Assembly: GCF_021740465.1 (NCBI RefSeq)
Contig: NZ_JAIOZR010000001.1
Coordinates: 88,800-152,799, forward strand
Source: Chlorobium sp.
GTDB taxonomy: Bacteria; Bacteroidota; Chlorobiia; Chlorobiales; Chlorobiaceae
Length of the DNA stretch: 64,000 nucleotides
Direction: 5' to 3'
In this document: piece after piece, positions 19,875 to 30,704 of the stretch
Layout of the letters: each line of letters starts with the position of its first letter
Position numbering within the stretch: position 1 is the first letter of the stretch
Made by a program: the position numbers and the translations under genes
Notes under the pieces: generated by a model
Databases searched by the model: none
The model's input: only the letters and a program-made list of their open reading frames with translations
What the model was told of the DNA's origin: nothing

Positions 19875-20690
19875 TCAGCGGTTCACATAACCAAGTTCAC
19901 TGATCATGCGCTTTCCTTCAGGCGTATTTTTCAGATCGATGAACTGCTTGACAACACCGGTCGCCTGGCCGTTTGTGTACATGAAAAGTGGACGGGTAAT
20001 CGGGTATGTACCATTCTTTACGGTTCTTTCGTCAGGCTCGACACCATCAACCATCACTGCCTTCACGGCATTATCCACAAACCCGAGACCAATAAAACCG
20101 ATAGCGGCAGGGGTCGAAGCGACACGGTTCTTCACGGCTCCATTGCTGGCCTGGGTTTCAGCCTTTTTTGAAATCGGGTTATCCTTGCCCATAACCAGTT
20201 CCTTGAAAGAATCCTGCGTACCGCTGTTCGATTCGCGCTGTATCTTCACGATAGCGGCATTCGGACCGCCGACCTGGCTCCAGTTGGTATACTTGCCGTT
20301 ATAGATGCCGCGAATCTGGGCTTTGGATAGCGCATTGACCCGGTTGCTCGGATGAACTACAATAGCAAGACCATCCATTGCAACGATATGCTCGACCGGC
20401 TTTACCCCTTTGCTCTTTGCGGCGGCAACTTCCTTGTCCTTCATTTCGCGCGACATATTGGCAATATCGCAGGTTCCGTTGATAAGGCTTTTCGCGCCAT
20501 TGCCCGAGCCGGACTCGCTGACCGTTACCTGAACACCTGTGGTTTTGGTGAAATATGCCGCGAACGATTTTGCAATCGGGCCGACCGTAGTGGAACCGTC
20601 CATCACGATCTTGTTTGCAGCCTCAGCAGTTCCTCCGGCCATGAAACCGAGAACCGCGGCACCTAATACTATTTTCCTGAAAAGATTCAT
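19875..20690 (-). CDS. pstS: phosphate-binding protein PstS (copy 2, tandem paralogue)
   Basis: Start placed at MNLFRKIVLGAAVLGFMAGGTAEA (ATG at 20690). Aligns with copy 1 over its full length and shares many identical blocks by eye (MDGSTTVGPIAKSFAAYFTK..., SESGSGNGAKSLIN). Confidence 0.9.
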   Translation of the reverse strand: MNLFRKIVLGAAVLGFMAGGTAEAANKIVMDGSTTVGPIAKSFAAYFTKTTGVQVTVSESGSGNGAKSLINGTCDIANMSREMKDKEVAAAKSKGVKPVEHIVAMDGLAIVVHPSNRVNALSKAQIRGIYNGKYTNWSQVGGPNAAIVKIQRESNSGTQDSFKELVMGKDNPISKKAETQASNGAVKNRVASTPAAIGFIGLGFVDNAVKAVMVDGVEPDERTVKNGTYPITRPLFMYTNGQATGVVKQFIDLKNTPEGKRMISELGYVNR

Positions 20691-20865
20691 TGTTTGTCTA
20701 TTTGATTTTATTGATGTTGGATAAATACTGGAATCCAGAAAAAGACATTTCGAAAAATCTCCGGGCATACAGCACCGCTGCCCATCGCCTCATGGGCAGC
20801 ATTGCTGCGTAAAAGAACAGACACACACAACCCGAACGGAGAAAAAGAACAACCACACAAAACAC

Positions 20866-21987
20866 TTAGAACTTCACCACTACATCAGCCTGGAAGAGGT
20901 GATTGGTAGGATCGTCAACATCGATTTTGTTGAAATTGTAGTAGGTCGCTCCGAGCGTCATATTCTGGACAAGATGGTACATCGCGCCGATCTTGAAACC
21001 TTCAAGATCGGTGAAGCTGCCTCCATTGCGATCAGAATCGGTGATATCGGCAACCGCATCCTCCTCAATCGAGACATACTCACCGCTCAGAGCCCACTGA
21101 CCGGGATTCTTGGCATTACCGATCTGCAGGCCGATCAGATACGAGTCTCTCTTGTCATCGTCAATGGCGCTGAAATCCTCATTCTTTGCCGTGTTGAAGG
21201 CATACTGGCCGTAAACCTTCCAGGGAAGCGTTTCGGTGATGTTGCCGCCTACACTTGCAAAAAACTCAACGATGTTGAAATCAAGCGGTGTAAATGCAGC
21301 TGAAAGAGGCTTCGATACTACGGCAGCATCAACAGAGTAACCGTCAAGGTGTACGAAATCGTAGTAGCCGGCACCGATCTTGAAACCGAAATCGCTCACT
21401 TCACCGGTGTACGCAATCTGACCGGCAAAGATATAGGCATCCTGCTCTTTTGTAGTCAAGCTCTTGTTTTCATCGATCAGATAGTAACCGGCAACAGCGC
21501 TGATACCATCTTTCTCCTTGCCGTCGGCATCCTTGCCATACTGCAGGGTAGCGCCTTCAAAAGTGAGATCTCCATCCCAGACAAGGTCCTTCATCACTAT
21601 GAGAGTTTTGGCCACATCCCTTTTACCGAGAATGACATTGACCTCTCCGTTCAGAAACATCGGATGATAATCGATATAGGCCTCGTTCAGATAGATGCCG
21701 TCAGAAGCAAAAAGGTCATCAAAGGTCTCGTTACGCGATGTCGGCTCGGTACCTCCTGTAGAAAGCTGCACACCGGCGGAAAGCTCCTCGTTTATCCACG
21801 GGTAAACGCCTACACGCACACGCATGCGGTGACGATCGCGGCTATGATCGTTATCATTGCTTTCATTATCTGTAAATGTCGATTCGTAACGGTAACGAAT
21901 ATCCCCTTTCCAGTTCCAGTCTACAGCTTCAGCGTTGTTGAAGCCGAGAGCAGCTGCCAGACCGACCAGTAAAGCGACTTTTTTCAT
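20866..21987 (-). CDS. outer-membrane beta-barrel porin, probably phosphate-regulated
   Basis: Signal peptide MKKVALLVGLAAALGFNNAEA, alternating amphipathic strands, and a C-terminal ...FQADVVVKF ending in Phe. Sits at the head of the pst cluster. Confidence 0.75.
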   Translation of the reverse strand: MKKVALLVGLAAALGFNNAEAVDWNWKGDIRYRYESTFTDNESNDNDHSRDRHRMRVRVGVYPWINEELSAGVQLSTGGTEPTSRNETFDDLFASDGIYLNEAYIDYHPMFLNGEVNVILGKRDVAKTLIVMKDLVWDGDLTFEGATLQYGKDADGKEKDGISAVAGYYLIDENKSLTTKEQDAYIFAGQIAYTGEVSDFGFKIGAGYYDFVHLDGYSVDAAVVSKPLSAAFTPLDFNIVEFFASVGGNITETLPWKVYGQYAFNTAKNEDFSAIDDDKRDSYLIGLQIGNAKNPGQWALSGEYVSIEEDAVADITDSDRNGGSFTDLEGFKIGAMYHLVQNMTLGATYYNFNKIDVDDPTNHLFQADVVVKF

Positions 21988-22170
21988 AATAAGAGTAGGA
22001 TTGGTTAGTGTGATGCGTTCATGAATACTTCCATGCTGTTTCGTGCATGTTCCGATTCGTGGGCTAATCTACCACTCCTTCTGTTGAGGAATCGTTAAGG
22101 GAGTGCTACAAGATTGCAAACTCGACAAGCGCCGTATAAAAAGCGAATCGGCCAACTGAAAAAGGCACAC

Positions 22171-22431
22171 CTACAGTTTGATATCCGTCACAATAACCGC
22201 TCCCCGAAACCGTTCGTCGGGAAACACCACCCTACCCTTCGAGTTGATGACGATATGGGGATAACCGTTTTTTTCAAGCCGGAAGAGCAGCTTCTGCAGG
22301 TCCTTGCGACCTGAAGGCTTGATGATGATATCAGCACGTGCGTTGACCTTGTGGACGTCATGCTGCTTCAGCTCTTCGTGCACATAAAACTCGGCCTTTA
22401 TATTCTCTCTCAGTTCATCGAGCTGCAGCAT
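22171..22431 (-). CDS. hypothetical small protein
   Basis: 86-aa ORF 38 nt downstream of the GNAT gene on the same strand. No motif recognised. Confidence 0.45.
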   Translation of the reverse strand: MLQLDELRENIKAEFYVHEELKQHDVHKVNARADIIIKPSGRKDLQKLLFRLEKNGYPHIVINSKGRVVFPDERFRGAVIVTDIKL

Positions 22432-22469
22432 GGGTCTCCTCCCGGTAATATGTGTTAGCGGAAAATGTG

Positions 22470-23138
22470 CTACGATTTCGAAATGTCCGCCTGCAGCTTT
22501 CGCTTCTTGTACTCGAGAAGGGAGTGCAGGCCTGCGGTCAACTCACTGTATATTCTGCTTCTGCTGTCTTTGACCCGGCTGTAGAGTTTCAGGATATCGA
22601 GCGTGAGAATGATCCTTGTGCTGCTGCAGTTCAGATCACCGAACAGATGCCGGCCGATCACTTCGAATCCGAGTACCCTCGTATGGAAGTTCAGGGGTGA
22701 GTGCTGTTCGTTTTCAAAAACATCGGTAATGAAATGGGTGTAATCGCGCCCGACAACCTCTTCGGTTGCAGCCCTCATGAGACGAAGCGCGATCCGGTGG
22801 TTTCGCCGGTATTCACCGGGAATCATGAAGCGACCTATCTCCACATACCTGCCCTGATTTTTCAGGTATTCGGCATCGATACCCGGCATGAAGCTCACCT
22901 GGTACTCCTCGGGGAGGTTGAGCGATGGGTCATAAAGCAGCCTGAGCACACCTGCGGGACGTCCGTTCACCCTGGCAAGAAACCAGGAAAAATGCTGCTC
23001 GGCTGCAAGCTCCTCCGGGATCTGGGTGTGCGCGCTGCTGATCCAGTTTTTCTCCCTCAGGAAAACCTGCTCGATAATGTCGATAACCCCCTGGCGGTCC
23101 TCAGGACCCAATACCCGCTGAACAGTTATACCGGACAT
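22470..23138 (-). CDS. GNAT-fold N-acyltransferase, N-acyl amino acid synthase/OlsB-like
   Basis: 222 aa. FLARVNGRPAGVLRLLYD and VEIGRFMIPGEYRRNHRIALRLMRAA resemble the acyl-transfer core of N-acyl amino acid synthases. Overlaps the upstream PlsC-like gene by 13 nt. Confidence 0.65.
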   Translation of the reverse strand: MSGITVQRVLGPEDRQGVIDIIEQVFLREKNWISSAHTQIPEELAAEQHFSWFLARVNGRPAGVLRLLYDPSLNLPEEYQVSFMPGIDAEYLKNQGRYVEIGRFMIPGEYRRNHRIALRLMRAATEEVVGRDYTHFITDVFENEQHSPLNFHTRVLGFEVIGRHLFGDLNCSSTRIILTLDILKLYSRVKDSRSRIYSELTAGLHSLLEYKKRKLQADISKS

Positions 23139-23944
23139 GGCAGCTCCTTTTTACTGGTTGTATGGTTGTAAGCGAACGAGCCTGAAAGAGGAGACTGGGG
23201 ATCTCCGAAGGTTTTCCCGCATAACGTCGAAAGCTTCTGCATAAGCGCGCTGGTCACCGCTTCCGCCAGAGCATGCATCTGCCTGCGACTCTCGGCATCT
23301 TTGCCGCCTCCTGTCTTAAGGGCCAAATACCGCTCCGACCATTCGGGGAAGTAGAGTGGAACACCGACTGTAAGAACCATTCTGCCGAAAACCGGTATTC
23401 GGCCTTTTTGCCTGCGCAAGGGAAAATCTATGCCCACCGGTATTACCGGTTTTCCGGTCTGGAGAGCTATATGGCCGACACCAGGCTTTGCCCTGGCAAG
23501 CCGTTCGGGATGAGGGTTTCTTTTGCCTTCGGGAAAAATGCCGATGCAGCCCCCCTCTTCAAGCCTCGCGCAGCAGCGTTCGACAACTCCTGAAGATGGT
23601 GATGCAGGCCGTCTTCTCTCAATCAGCGAAACAGTTGAGCGTTTATGATAGACATACAAAGGATCGGTCAATCGCATCAGCCAGCCGAGCACGGGAATTT
23701 TCCCGTACATCCAGTCGATGACAAAACTGACCGTTCTGCCCCCGAGATGAAACATGAGAAAAACCGGAACCAGCAACGATTCAAGAGCATTGTTATGGTT
23801 GAAAACATAGATTGCCGAAGTGGACTGCATAAGGTTTTCCACCCCCGTCGCACGGTTCAGAAACAGGTTGGGAACCATAAGCAGCCTGAGCAGCAAAGCT
23901 TTTGGGAAGGTCAGGTAAGGAAGGGGCCTGAAAAGGGTTTGCAT
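23126..23944 (-). CDS. lysophospholipid/1-acyl-glycerol-3-phosphate acyltransferase family protein (PlsC-like)
   Basis: Acyltransferase motifs VFNHNNALE (HX4E variant of HX4D) and GIFPEGKRN. Hydrophobic N-terminus. Confidence 0.8.
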   Translation of the reverse strand: MQTLFRPLPYLTFPKALLLRLLMVPNLFLNRATGVENLMQSTSAIYVFNHNNALESLLVPVFLMFHLGGRTVSFVIDWMYGKIPVLGWLMRLTDPLYVYHKRSTVSLIERRRPASPSSGVVERCCARLEEGGCIGIFPEGKRNPHPERLARAKPGVGHIALQTGKPVIPVGIDFPLRRQKGRIPVFGRMVLTVGVPLYFPEWSERYLALKTGGGKDAESRRQMHALAEAVTSALMQKLSTLCGKTFGDPQSPLSGSFAYNHTTSKKELPCPV

Positions 23945-24156
23945 GATTTTTTCATTACCTTTTTCTCTGTCGAAAAAACCGGAGGAATGCAGTTTCCAAC
24001 CATTTCAGGCAATTAAGAAAATCAGTGTTGGGTAACGGTTACGGTTGTGTAACGATTCTGAAAATTGTAGACCTCCCTGCTTATTATGTGTGCAACAATG
24101 AAAAGAAGCTCTGTGGAAAAAATCGATCGCTTTTCTAAAGCATAGATTATCAACCA

Positions 24157-25614
24157 ATGAACCTGCTTCAGAATGTCATCATCCTGACAACAGGCTTTCT
24201 GCTCTCGCAGGTGCTCATTGCAACGAACACCCATTACAGGCTCATCGCATTTCTGCTCCGGCACGGTGGATCAGGATTCCGCTCGCTCCTGACATCGGTT
24301 CTCCTGATCTCCTACGGCCTCTCGATATTTCTCTCCAATACCGTCGTTGTGCTTGCCCTGCTTCCGGTCATCAACCGGCTTATGGGCTTTCTCAAGGATC
24401 GTGCGTCAAAAAAAGAGATTGCAACGATGTTCTATCTTGCCCTGACCTTCGGTGCGACCACCGGAGGACTTGCATCCCTCAGTGGCAATCCGCTCAACGC
24501 TTTCGCCGTAGGCCTGCTGGAATTCTACCATATCGAAAACCGGGAACAGGTCAACTTCTTTTCCTGGCTGATGGTCGGCCTGCCGGTTTCGATGCTGATC
24601 GTAACTGCCGGACGCATGATACTTCTCCATGCGGCCCGAAACTGCAGCGAAACAGCACTTGTCTACTCCACAAACTCCGAAACAGCCCTCTTCCCCCATC
24701 GTCCATTGCTGTTTTTCGCCATCAACATGCTCTTCATCACCACCATGACCGGAATACAGTTTTTCCGGCAACCGGCTCCGCTGTTATCCGGCTTGTCATG
24801 GATAGATATTTCCTTTCTCTGCTACGGAGTATTCATCACCCTGTTTTCCTTTCTCTATCCCGAAAAAAAAAATTCACCCCGCAGCATCCGCAAAAACGCG
24901 GTCTTTCTCATCTTCTTCGTGGCCGTATCCCCGGTACTCCTCTTCAGTCGTATGTCGATAGAGATAGAACGGCATCTGCGAATTCCGCTCTCCGAATTCC
25001 ATTTCTTTGCGGAAAGAATGCTGCAGAAACTTTTCGATACCGTCTGGGGTCGCTTGTTTCGAGAGCAACCCGGAAGCCTTGAAACGCCTAACGGCAATGC
25101 CGTACTCTCCATCAACAGAATCATCCTCGACATCCCCTATTTCGGGCTGCTGCTCATCATAATTTTCGGTTCGATCCTCTATCTTGCCGTAAACGTCGGC
25201 GACAATCCCGCAACGCCTGAAAGCGACGGCTACCTCATAACCGCTCTCGGTGAGCTTGTCCTCGGTTTTCTTGAGCCACTGAAAACCCCGATGCTGTTTC
25301 TTCCCGCCATGAACATCGCTGCGGTCTTTTCATCCGAACTGCTCAGCAATACCGCTATCGTGGCCATCTTCGCCCCACTGATAATAACTCTGGCTCCGCA
25401 CACCTCGCTCAGCGCGCTCCTGCTTCTGCTCTCGCTGACCGTCGGAGCCAGCGCTGCATACATGACGCCCCTGGCCTCTCCTGCAAACACGCTGGCCTTC
25501 GGCGGACTAAGCCATGTATCACTGAAAACCGTCATAAAAGCCGGCATGATCATGAACATCACATCGGCAGCACTGATTTCACTGACATTTCTGGGAATTT
25601 CTTTTTTTCTGTAG
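24157..25614 (+). CDS. anion/ion permease of the SLC13 / ArsB-NhaD superfamily
   Basis: 485 aa, polytopic, with two SNP-like re-entrant loop motifs (LSGNPLNAFAVG and ASPANTLAFG). Confidence 0.75.
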   Translation: MNLLQNVIILTTGFLLSQVLIATNTHYRLIAFLLRHGGSGFRSLLTSVLLISYGLSIFLSNTVVVLALLPVINRLMGFLKDRASKKEIATMFYLALTFGATTGGLASLSGNPLNAFAVGLLEFYHIENREQVNFFSWLMVGLPVSMLIVTAGRMILLHAARNCSETALVYSTNSETALFPHRPLLFFAINMLFITTMTGIQFFRQPAPLLSGLSWIDISFLCYGVFITLFSFLYPEKKNSPRSIRKNAVFLIFFVAVSPVLLFSRMSIEIERHLRIPLSEFHFFAERMLQKLFDTVWGRLFREQPGSLETPNGNAVLSINRIILDIPYFGLLLIIIFGSILYLAVNVGDNPATPESDGYLITALGELVLGFLEPLKTPMLFLPAMNIAAVFSSELLSNTAIVAIFAPLIITLAPHTSLSALLLLLSLTVGASAAYMTPLASPANTLAFGGLSHVSLKTVIKAGMIMNITSAALISLTFLGISFFL

Positions 25615-25631
25615 CGGCTGAAAGAGGGATA

Positions 25632-26834
25632 TTACCGGGAACCGGCCGCCACCGAACCGTTCAAACGCAGGATCATAAAAAAAGCCGCCAGTGCGAGAAT
25701 CGCATCGGCTGACCAGATCGCGAGTGCGGGATCAAGAAGACCTCTTTCGGCAAGCTTTTCGCCTGAAATGATCATGTACCAGTAGAGCACGAAAAACAGG
25801 AGGGAGAGCCCCGCACCCGCACCGAACCCACCTCGTCTTGCAAGAACCCCGAGCGGCACACCGGCAAAGGCGAAAACCAGACAGGCAACCGGAAGAGCAT
25901 ATTTTTTATGGAATTCCGCCATGTACCCATTGTATTTCTCCTGCAGCAATACAAGGCGCCGCCGAACTTCCTGCCTCGTATCGGCAGAGGCTGAACTCCG
26001 TTCCACAGCGGCAATTTCACGCTTCAGGACTTTTCCTGCAGCAAGCAGCTCACCAGCGGAAAGCTCCCGTGCATCACCCCTCATCCGGTCTTCTGAAGTC
26101 CGGCTGAAACCGAATCCTGAAGACTCGAAAACAATACGGTGGCGTGCAAAACTCATCGTCCGGTATTGTATCAGCTCAGGATACCCGATTTCATGCAGCT
26201 CCCCGTTAAAAAGCGTCATCACGAGATAACGGTCATCAGGTGAAAACCCGATAATGCCCTTTTCGGCGCTTACCATCGTTCGGTGTCCAGGCCTCGTCAG
26301 GTCGTAAAGCCGTACCCCCCTCATCTCCCCTGAAGCCTCATCGGTTTGCCTGACAAAAATGGAATAACCGTCGATAAAGCTCGAAAAGGCGTTTTCCGTG
26401 AGACCGAAGGAGGGTTTAGCTCTCAGGATATCGGCCATGAGAGCTTTTGAGCGGTAATTGGCATCAGGAATCACAACATTATTGAAGCGCTCGACAAGCA
26501 ACGAGAGCCCAAAAGCAACAAGCATTACTGGAGCCGCGAGACGAAAAAGGGAGAGCCCCGAAGACCTTAGCACCGTCATTTCCGATGCGTTCGTCATGGC
26601 ACCGTAAACCATGATCACGGAAATCAGCACCGCCATGGGCACGGCAAATACAATCATCCAGGCCGACTGCAGCATTACCAGCTCAGCGATATCGGCCAGG
26701 CCGATGCCCTTGCCCAGAAAACGGTCCGAGAACCCTCCGAGAAACTGCAGGACGAGAACAAATATTATTGTGAAAAAAGAAAGAAAGAATGGTCCGACAT
26801 GGGACTTGAGGATATAGCGGTCAATAATGTTCAT
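25632..26834 (-). CDS. LptF/LptG-family LPS export permease
   Basis: Start set at MNIIDRYILKSHVGPFFLSFFTIIFVLVLQ (ATG at 26834), the canonical YjgP/YjgQ N-terminus. The track ORF extends to 27005. Confidence 0.85.
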   Translation of the reverse strand: MNIIDRYILKSHVGPFFLSFFTIIFVLVLQFLGGFSDRFLGKGIGLADIAELVMLQSAWMIVFAVPMAVLISVIMVYGAMTNASEMTVLRSSGLSLFRLAAPVMLVAFGLSLLVERFNNVVIPDANYRSKALMADILRAKPSFGLTENAFSSFIDGYSIFVRQTDEASGEMRGVRLYDLTRPGHRTMVSAEKGIIGFSPDDRYLVMTLFNGELHEIGYPELIQYRTMSFARHRIVFESSGFGFSRTSEDRMRGDARELSAGELLAAGKVLKREIAAVERSSASADTRQEVRRRLVLLQEKYNGYMAEFHKKYALPVACLVFAFAGVPLGVLARRGGFGAGAGLSLLFFVLYWYMIISGEKLAERGLLDPALAIWSADAILALAAFFMILRLNGSVAAGSR

Positions 26835-27223
26835 AGACGGATGGTCGTCCTCGGTGTCATCAGGTTTTCTAACGTTGAGGCAATATAATGCCGAAAACCC
26901 ATAAGAAAGGCATATCGAAGCAAAAAAACCGCCACACGTTTCACCGATCAGATACTTGACAAACCGTACAGAGGTCGAGTACCGCTGCAACCCTGATAAA
27001 CACAAAATTCACAAAAAAACAGATCGACTTGCGAAGGAGTATAAACAGGCAGGAAAATACCATCTTATGCGTCCAATAGCACAGGATATCGCTTATGTGG
27101 CTAATGAGGTAAAATTTCGATAAAATCAATACCAAGGACTCTCTCAATCAAAACCGCAAAATTATGCGAACATATCGCAATAGCCTTTTCGGTATAGTAA
27201 TCGTACAGGAATGAGAAAGGCAT

Positions 27224-27268
27224 ATTCCGGCAATCTCAAGCAATTTTACTCGCGGAGATTGCCGGAAT
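27224..27268. terminator. perfect 14-bp inverted repeat downstream of the H-NS-like gene
   Basis: ATTCCGGCAATCTC-N17-GAGATTGCCGGAAT, 16 nt past the stop at 27284. There is no strong U-run, so its role (terminator versus protein site) is uncertain. Confidence 0.4.
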
Positions 27269-27283
27269 TGCAATTAAGAGTCC

Positions 27284-27586
27284 CTACTGAACGAGATAAT
27301 CGGAGATTTTTCCGCCGGCAGCTTCGACATCCTTAACCCAAGCCGGCTTGGGGCCTCTGCCTACCCATGTTTCACTATCGCTTTTGCGATATTTGATCAC
27401 AGATGGTTTTTTTTCTTTAAAACCTCTTGAAAAACCTCTCGACTGAAGGTCTTCCACCGTAATGTCGAACTCAGCCATTTTCGCTTTTATCGCGCTGATA
27501 GCCTCCCTCTTACCTGCCGCTCTCTGCTCTTCGATCTGTTTCTGGATTGCAGCCATTTGGGCCTGTAATTCTGCAATGGTTTGCAT
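27284..27586 (-). CDS. H-NS-family nucleoid-associated protein
   Basis: 100 aa. N-terminal coiled coil (ELQAQMAAIQKQIEEQRAAG) and the C-terminal DNA-binding signature KYRKSDSETWVGRGPKPAWV (TWxGRGxxPxW). Confidence 0.8.
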   Translation of the reverse strand: MQTIAELQAQMAAIQKQIEEQRAAGKREAISAIKAKMAEFDITVEDLQSRGFSRGFKEKKPSVIKYRKSDSETWVGRGPKPAWVKDVEAAGGKISDYLVQ

Positions 27587-29095
27587 AATAATTCGTGATT
27601 ATAATATTTCAAGAGATACCGAGAACAATACAATATAAAAATTTTTTCCAATAAAAAATTCCGGAATACAACCATCAATTTATTATAGGAGCTGTCTCAT
27701 TCAGGGAAATAAAACCACCCGACAATGTTTTCATGCCCATAAATGGTCTCAAGAAAAAATATTTACTCTCATATCACACAAGCATCTTATTTGCAGGAAG
27801 AGAGAACGGCCAAAGGGACTGAGATGGGTTGTGATCGACTTAAAGCAATTGCGCTTCAGGAGAAGGCGCAGGAAGTATTCTTTTCAGACCAGTGAAAAGG
27901 ACAACAAGTTCAGGTTCAGCTTCCTGACGAAAGTGGGCAGCCGAACATAATCAATGACCTGATTTACTGTAGTATTTTTTTCGTCATTTCTAAAAATCAC
28001 ACTTTTTACAGAGTATTTTCGCTATCATCTTATGATGCTGCCTTATAGAAAAAAAGAAGAGAATTGCAAGTCCTTGCCGGAGCTTCTCATCAAACAAACA
28101 CGCTATGAGATAAAAAGTATAGACCCATAATATTTTTCTTGCATTCAGGATCATTAATAAAAGCAGCCCTTTATGGAAACCGGAATCATGGGGTAACCAA
28201 ATGCAATGGATGCTTCGTATCGATAGAAGCAATGACGAACTGTATGATTATTTTCATCCTGCCAGGGAGATTGTTGCCCTCAACAGGAGTCAATTCCTGC
28301 CCATCAGTAAAGCAGCGAAGAATAGCTGTTGTTCGCTCTTTATACAACCTTTGAAGGCCAGTGTTACGAGCTGGCGTAATAACTGACATTAACAGAATAA
28401 CTTGTAATGTCTGTTCGGGATCCGGGGAGACACGCTGTGCTGTTTCAATTGCGGATAGTTCAAAAGACCCGGTGGCAAACTGAAATGGCACCCTGTTTTT
28501 AGACGGTAATATAAGTTGGTAACCTGCCAAAAAGCAAGGAACCGGTATGAGCTAAAAGAAACGGAAAAGCTTCAGTTATGACTTCAAGGCCAAGAATCCC
28601 CCGAATGGCGCGTAGCAATAATGGGGTTAAAAAGAAGGCGCTTTCAGGAACGCTTTTCGGTACAAAAAACTGTTTATCATTGTAAAAGAAGAGGATAAAA
28701 CAGAGTTTAAGTATTCTGCCGCTCTAAAAACCGAACAATCAGTCATACAGGTTTGCTGGCTGAAAAGCAAAACCAGTAACGCACCCTTACGGGTACTGCA
28801 ACAGGAAATACCGAAATTCTTTATCGAGCGCAACAACCGGCCCTGGAATCGGGAAGTGTTCATCCAGGGTGTCGGTGATCGTATATAAATGGTTGCCGGC
28901 ACTCCATCGGAAAAATTCCACAAACTGAGCTTTTCCGCCGGCGAACCCGGTAATATGCCCAAAACATTCCACGTGAGGGCCATTGCTTTTTGTGCGACAT
29001 GAGTTCCAACCCTGAATGCAGAATCCGGGCATCCTCCTGCATCAAAGAAATTCTTGTGGCGATTGTTCTTGCCGGAATCTCTGTAAATATCTCGC

Positions 29096-29854
29096 TTATG
29101 CTTGAACTATGTTACTCCCGGTTGCAAGATATTGCTTCAAGGTCGATTCGTGTATAAACGAATACTCCTTGCATTTTTCGGATATGTGGAAGATACGAAA
29201 TCCAGCTGCATGCAGCTTCTGCAGTATCGATATCGTCATATCCACAGAAAGAGTCCTGAAGCGATGATGAAACTCTACCACAAGTTGGTAAACAGTAATT
29301 CCTGAATCAAGGATATCCTGTATTACATCATATTCGGCACCCTCGATATCCATTTTCAAAATATCTATTCCATCAAAACCAAGCTCACGGAGAATGGTCG
29401 TCATGCGCTTAACTCCCACCTCGATACCCGTGGACTCACCAGAACCTTCATTAACCATGGTCATCATGGTTTCAGACCGTTTCCCCTTGATTATCCTGTG
29501 GTAAAACATCATGACAGAATCCCTGTTTCCGATTGCAAACGGATGAAACTTAAACTCCGGCGGAAACTCTTGGGTTCTGATCCAGTCCAACGTTAATGGT
29601 GTTGGATCAAATGCATGGATCTTGCATGCATATTTCTCAATCAACTCCCTGTCAAAACCCGTATCTTTTCCGACGCCAAGGGAAAGTATCCTGCTTGAAG
29701 ATGAAATCCCGATCGGACAGATAACCCAGTTGCCGATGCGCTCCTTGCTGCAATGAACCTCCACCGAATTTCGTGGTTCCTGCCCTATCATTTGCCGGAT
29801 AAATGTTACCACCCGACCCTCAACCTGCCTGTAAAATGACTTGAATGATTTCAT
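29096..29854 (-). CDS. FkbM-family methyltransferase
   Basis: GIDILKMDIEGAEYDVIQDIL is the FkbM-family signature. The start is placed at MKSFKSFYRQ (ATG at 29854); the track start is 29902. Lies in the AT-rich segment. Confidence 0.75.
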   Translation of the reverse strand: MKSFKSFYRQVEGRVVTFIRQMIGQEPRNSVEVHCSKERIGNWVICPIGISSSSRILSLGVGKDTGFDRELIEKYACKIHAFDPTPLTLDWIRTQEFPPEFKFHPFAIGNRDSVMMFYHRIIKGKRSETMMTMVNEGSGESTGIEVGVKRMTTILRELGFDGIDILKMDIEGAEYDVIQDILDSGITVYQLVVEFHHRFRTLSVDMTISILQKLHAAGFRIFHISEKCKEYSFIHESTLKQYLATGSNIVQA

Positions 29855-30704
29855 AGATTCTTCTGAGTTGAGCGATTTCAAATAAGAAAAGGTTCTTCGC
29901 AAAATTTAACGGGAAAGCTGATCGCTAAATACAGCAACACTTGATTGCCACTCTCAAAGCTGTGAACCCCTCGCGCAGAGGCCTTGATAAGCCGGATCTT
30001 GCAGCTCAACCCTTCAGATACCGCACTTGAATCCTGGTGTTTGAAATAGTTGAAGCGGTTATCCTTAGGGCGGGCCAGCATCTCATTAAGCGCAATTAAG
30101 GGCTTCAGCTCCAAACATCCAACGACGCCACCCGACAGCTGAAAAGTTAGTCTGCACCGTCTCGGCTGGTAAACAGTAAAAATGCTCTGAATATGTTTTT
30201 TTTAATGTCCTGGCCGTCCATGGTTTCAATTCGCAGACCATGAGCTGATAGAAGCTTGCCCGTCGTTTATCGGTCATGTTTAAGGGTTCCGCAGCCACTC
30301 ATATTTGATGCCGCACAGGATATTGTCACCTGACTCATTGCTGTCGATACACCTGTCACAGAACACAAACAGGCACCCCTATAAAACATGATGAAGCGAT
30401 CAAAGTACAAGGAAGGACAGAACGCAGAAACCAAAGTGTACCCACAAGTACATGATTTCAAACACCGACCAACGCAGCAATTTGAACACGCAATAGCTGT
30501 AATGGCTTTATAGAGATATCCGAAGTGGCGTCATAAACACTGCCTTCGGCCGCCTTATAACTGACAAGCCGCTCGTATCCGCCATGGAACAACAGAATGC
30601 CTCCGAAGTCGCCAATAGCGCAAAACTGATATAATTCAACTTCCAGCGAACATGTCTGACATGTCCGACAAAATTTGCTTTCCGGTAATATTACAACGCA
30701 TCCC

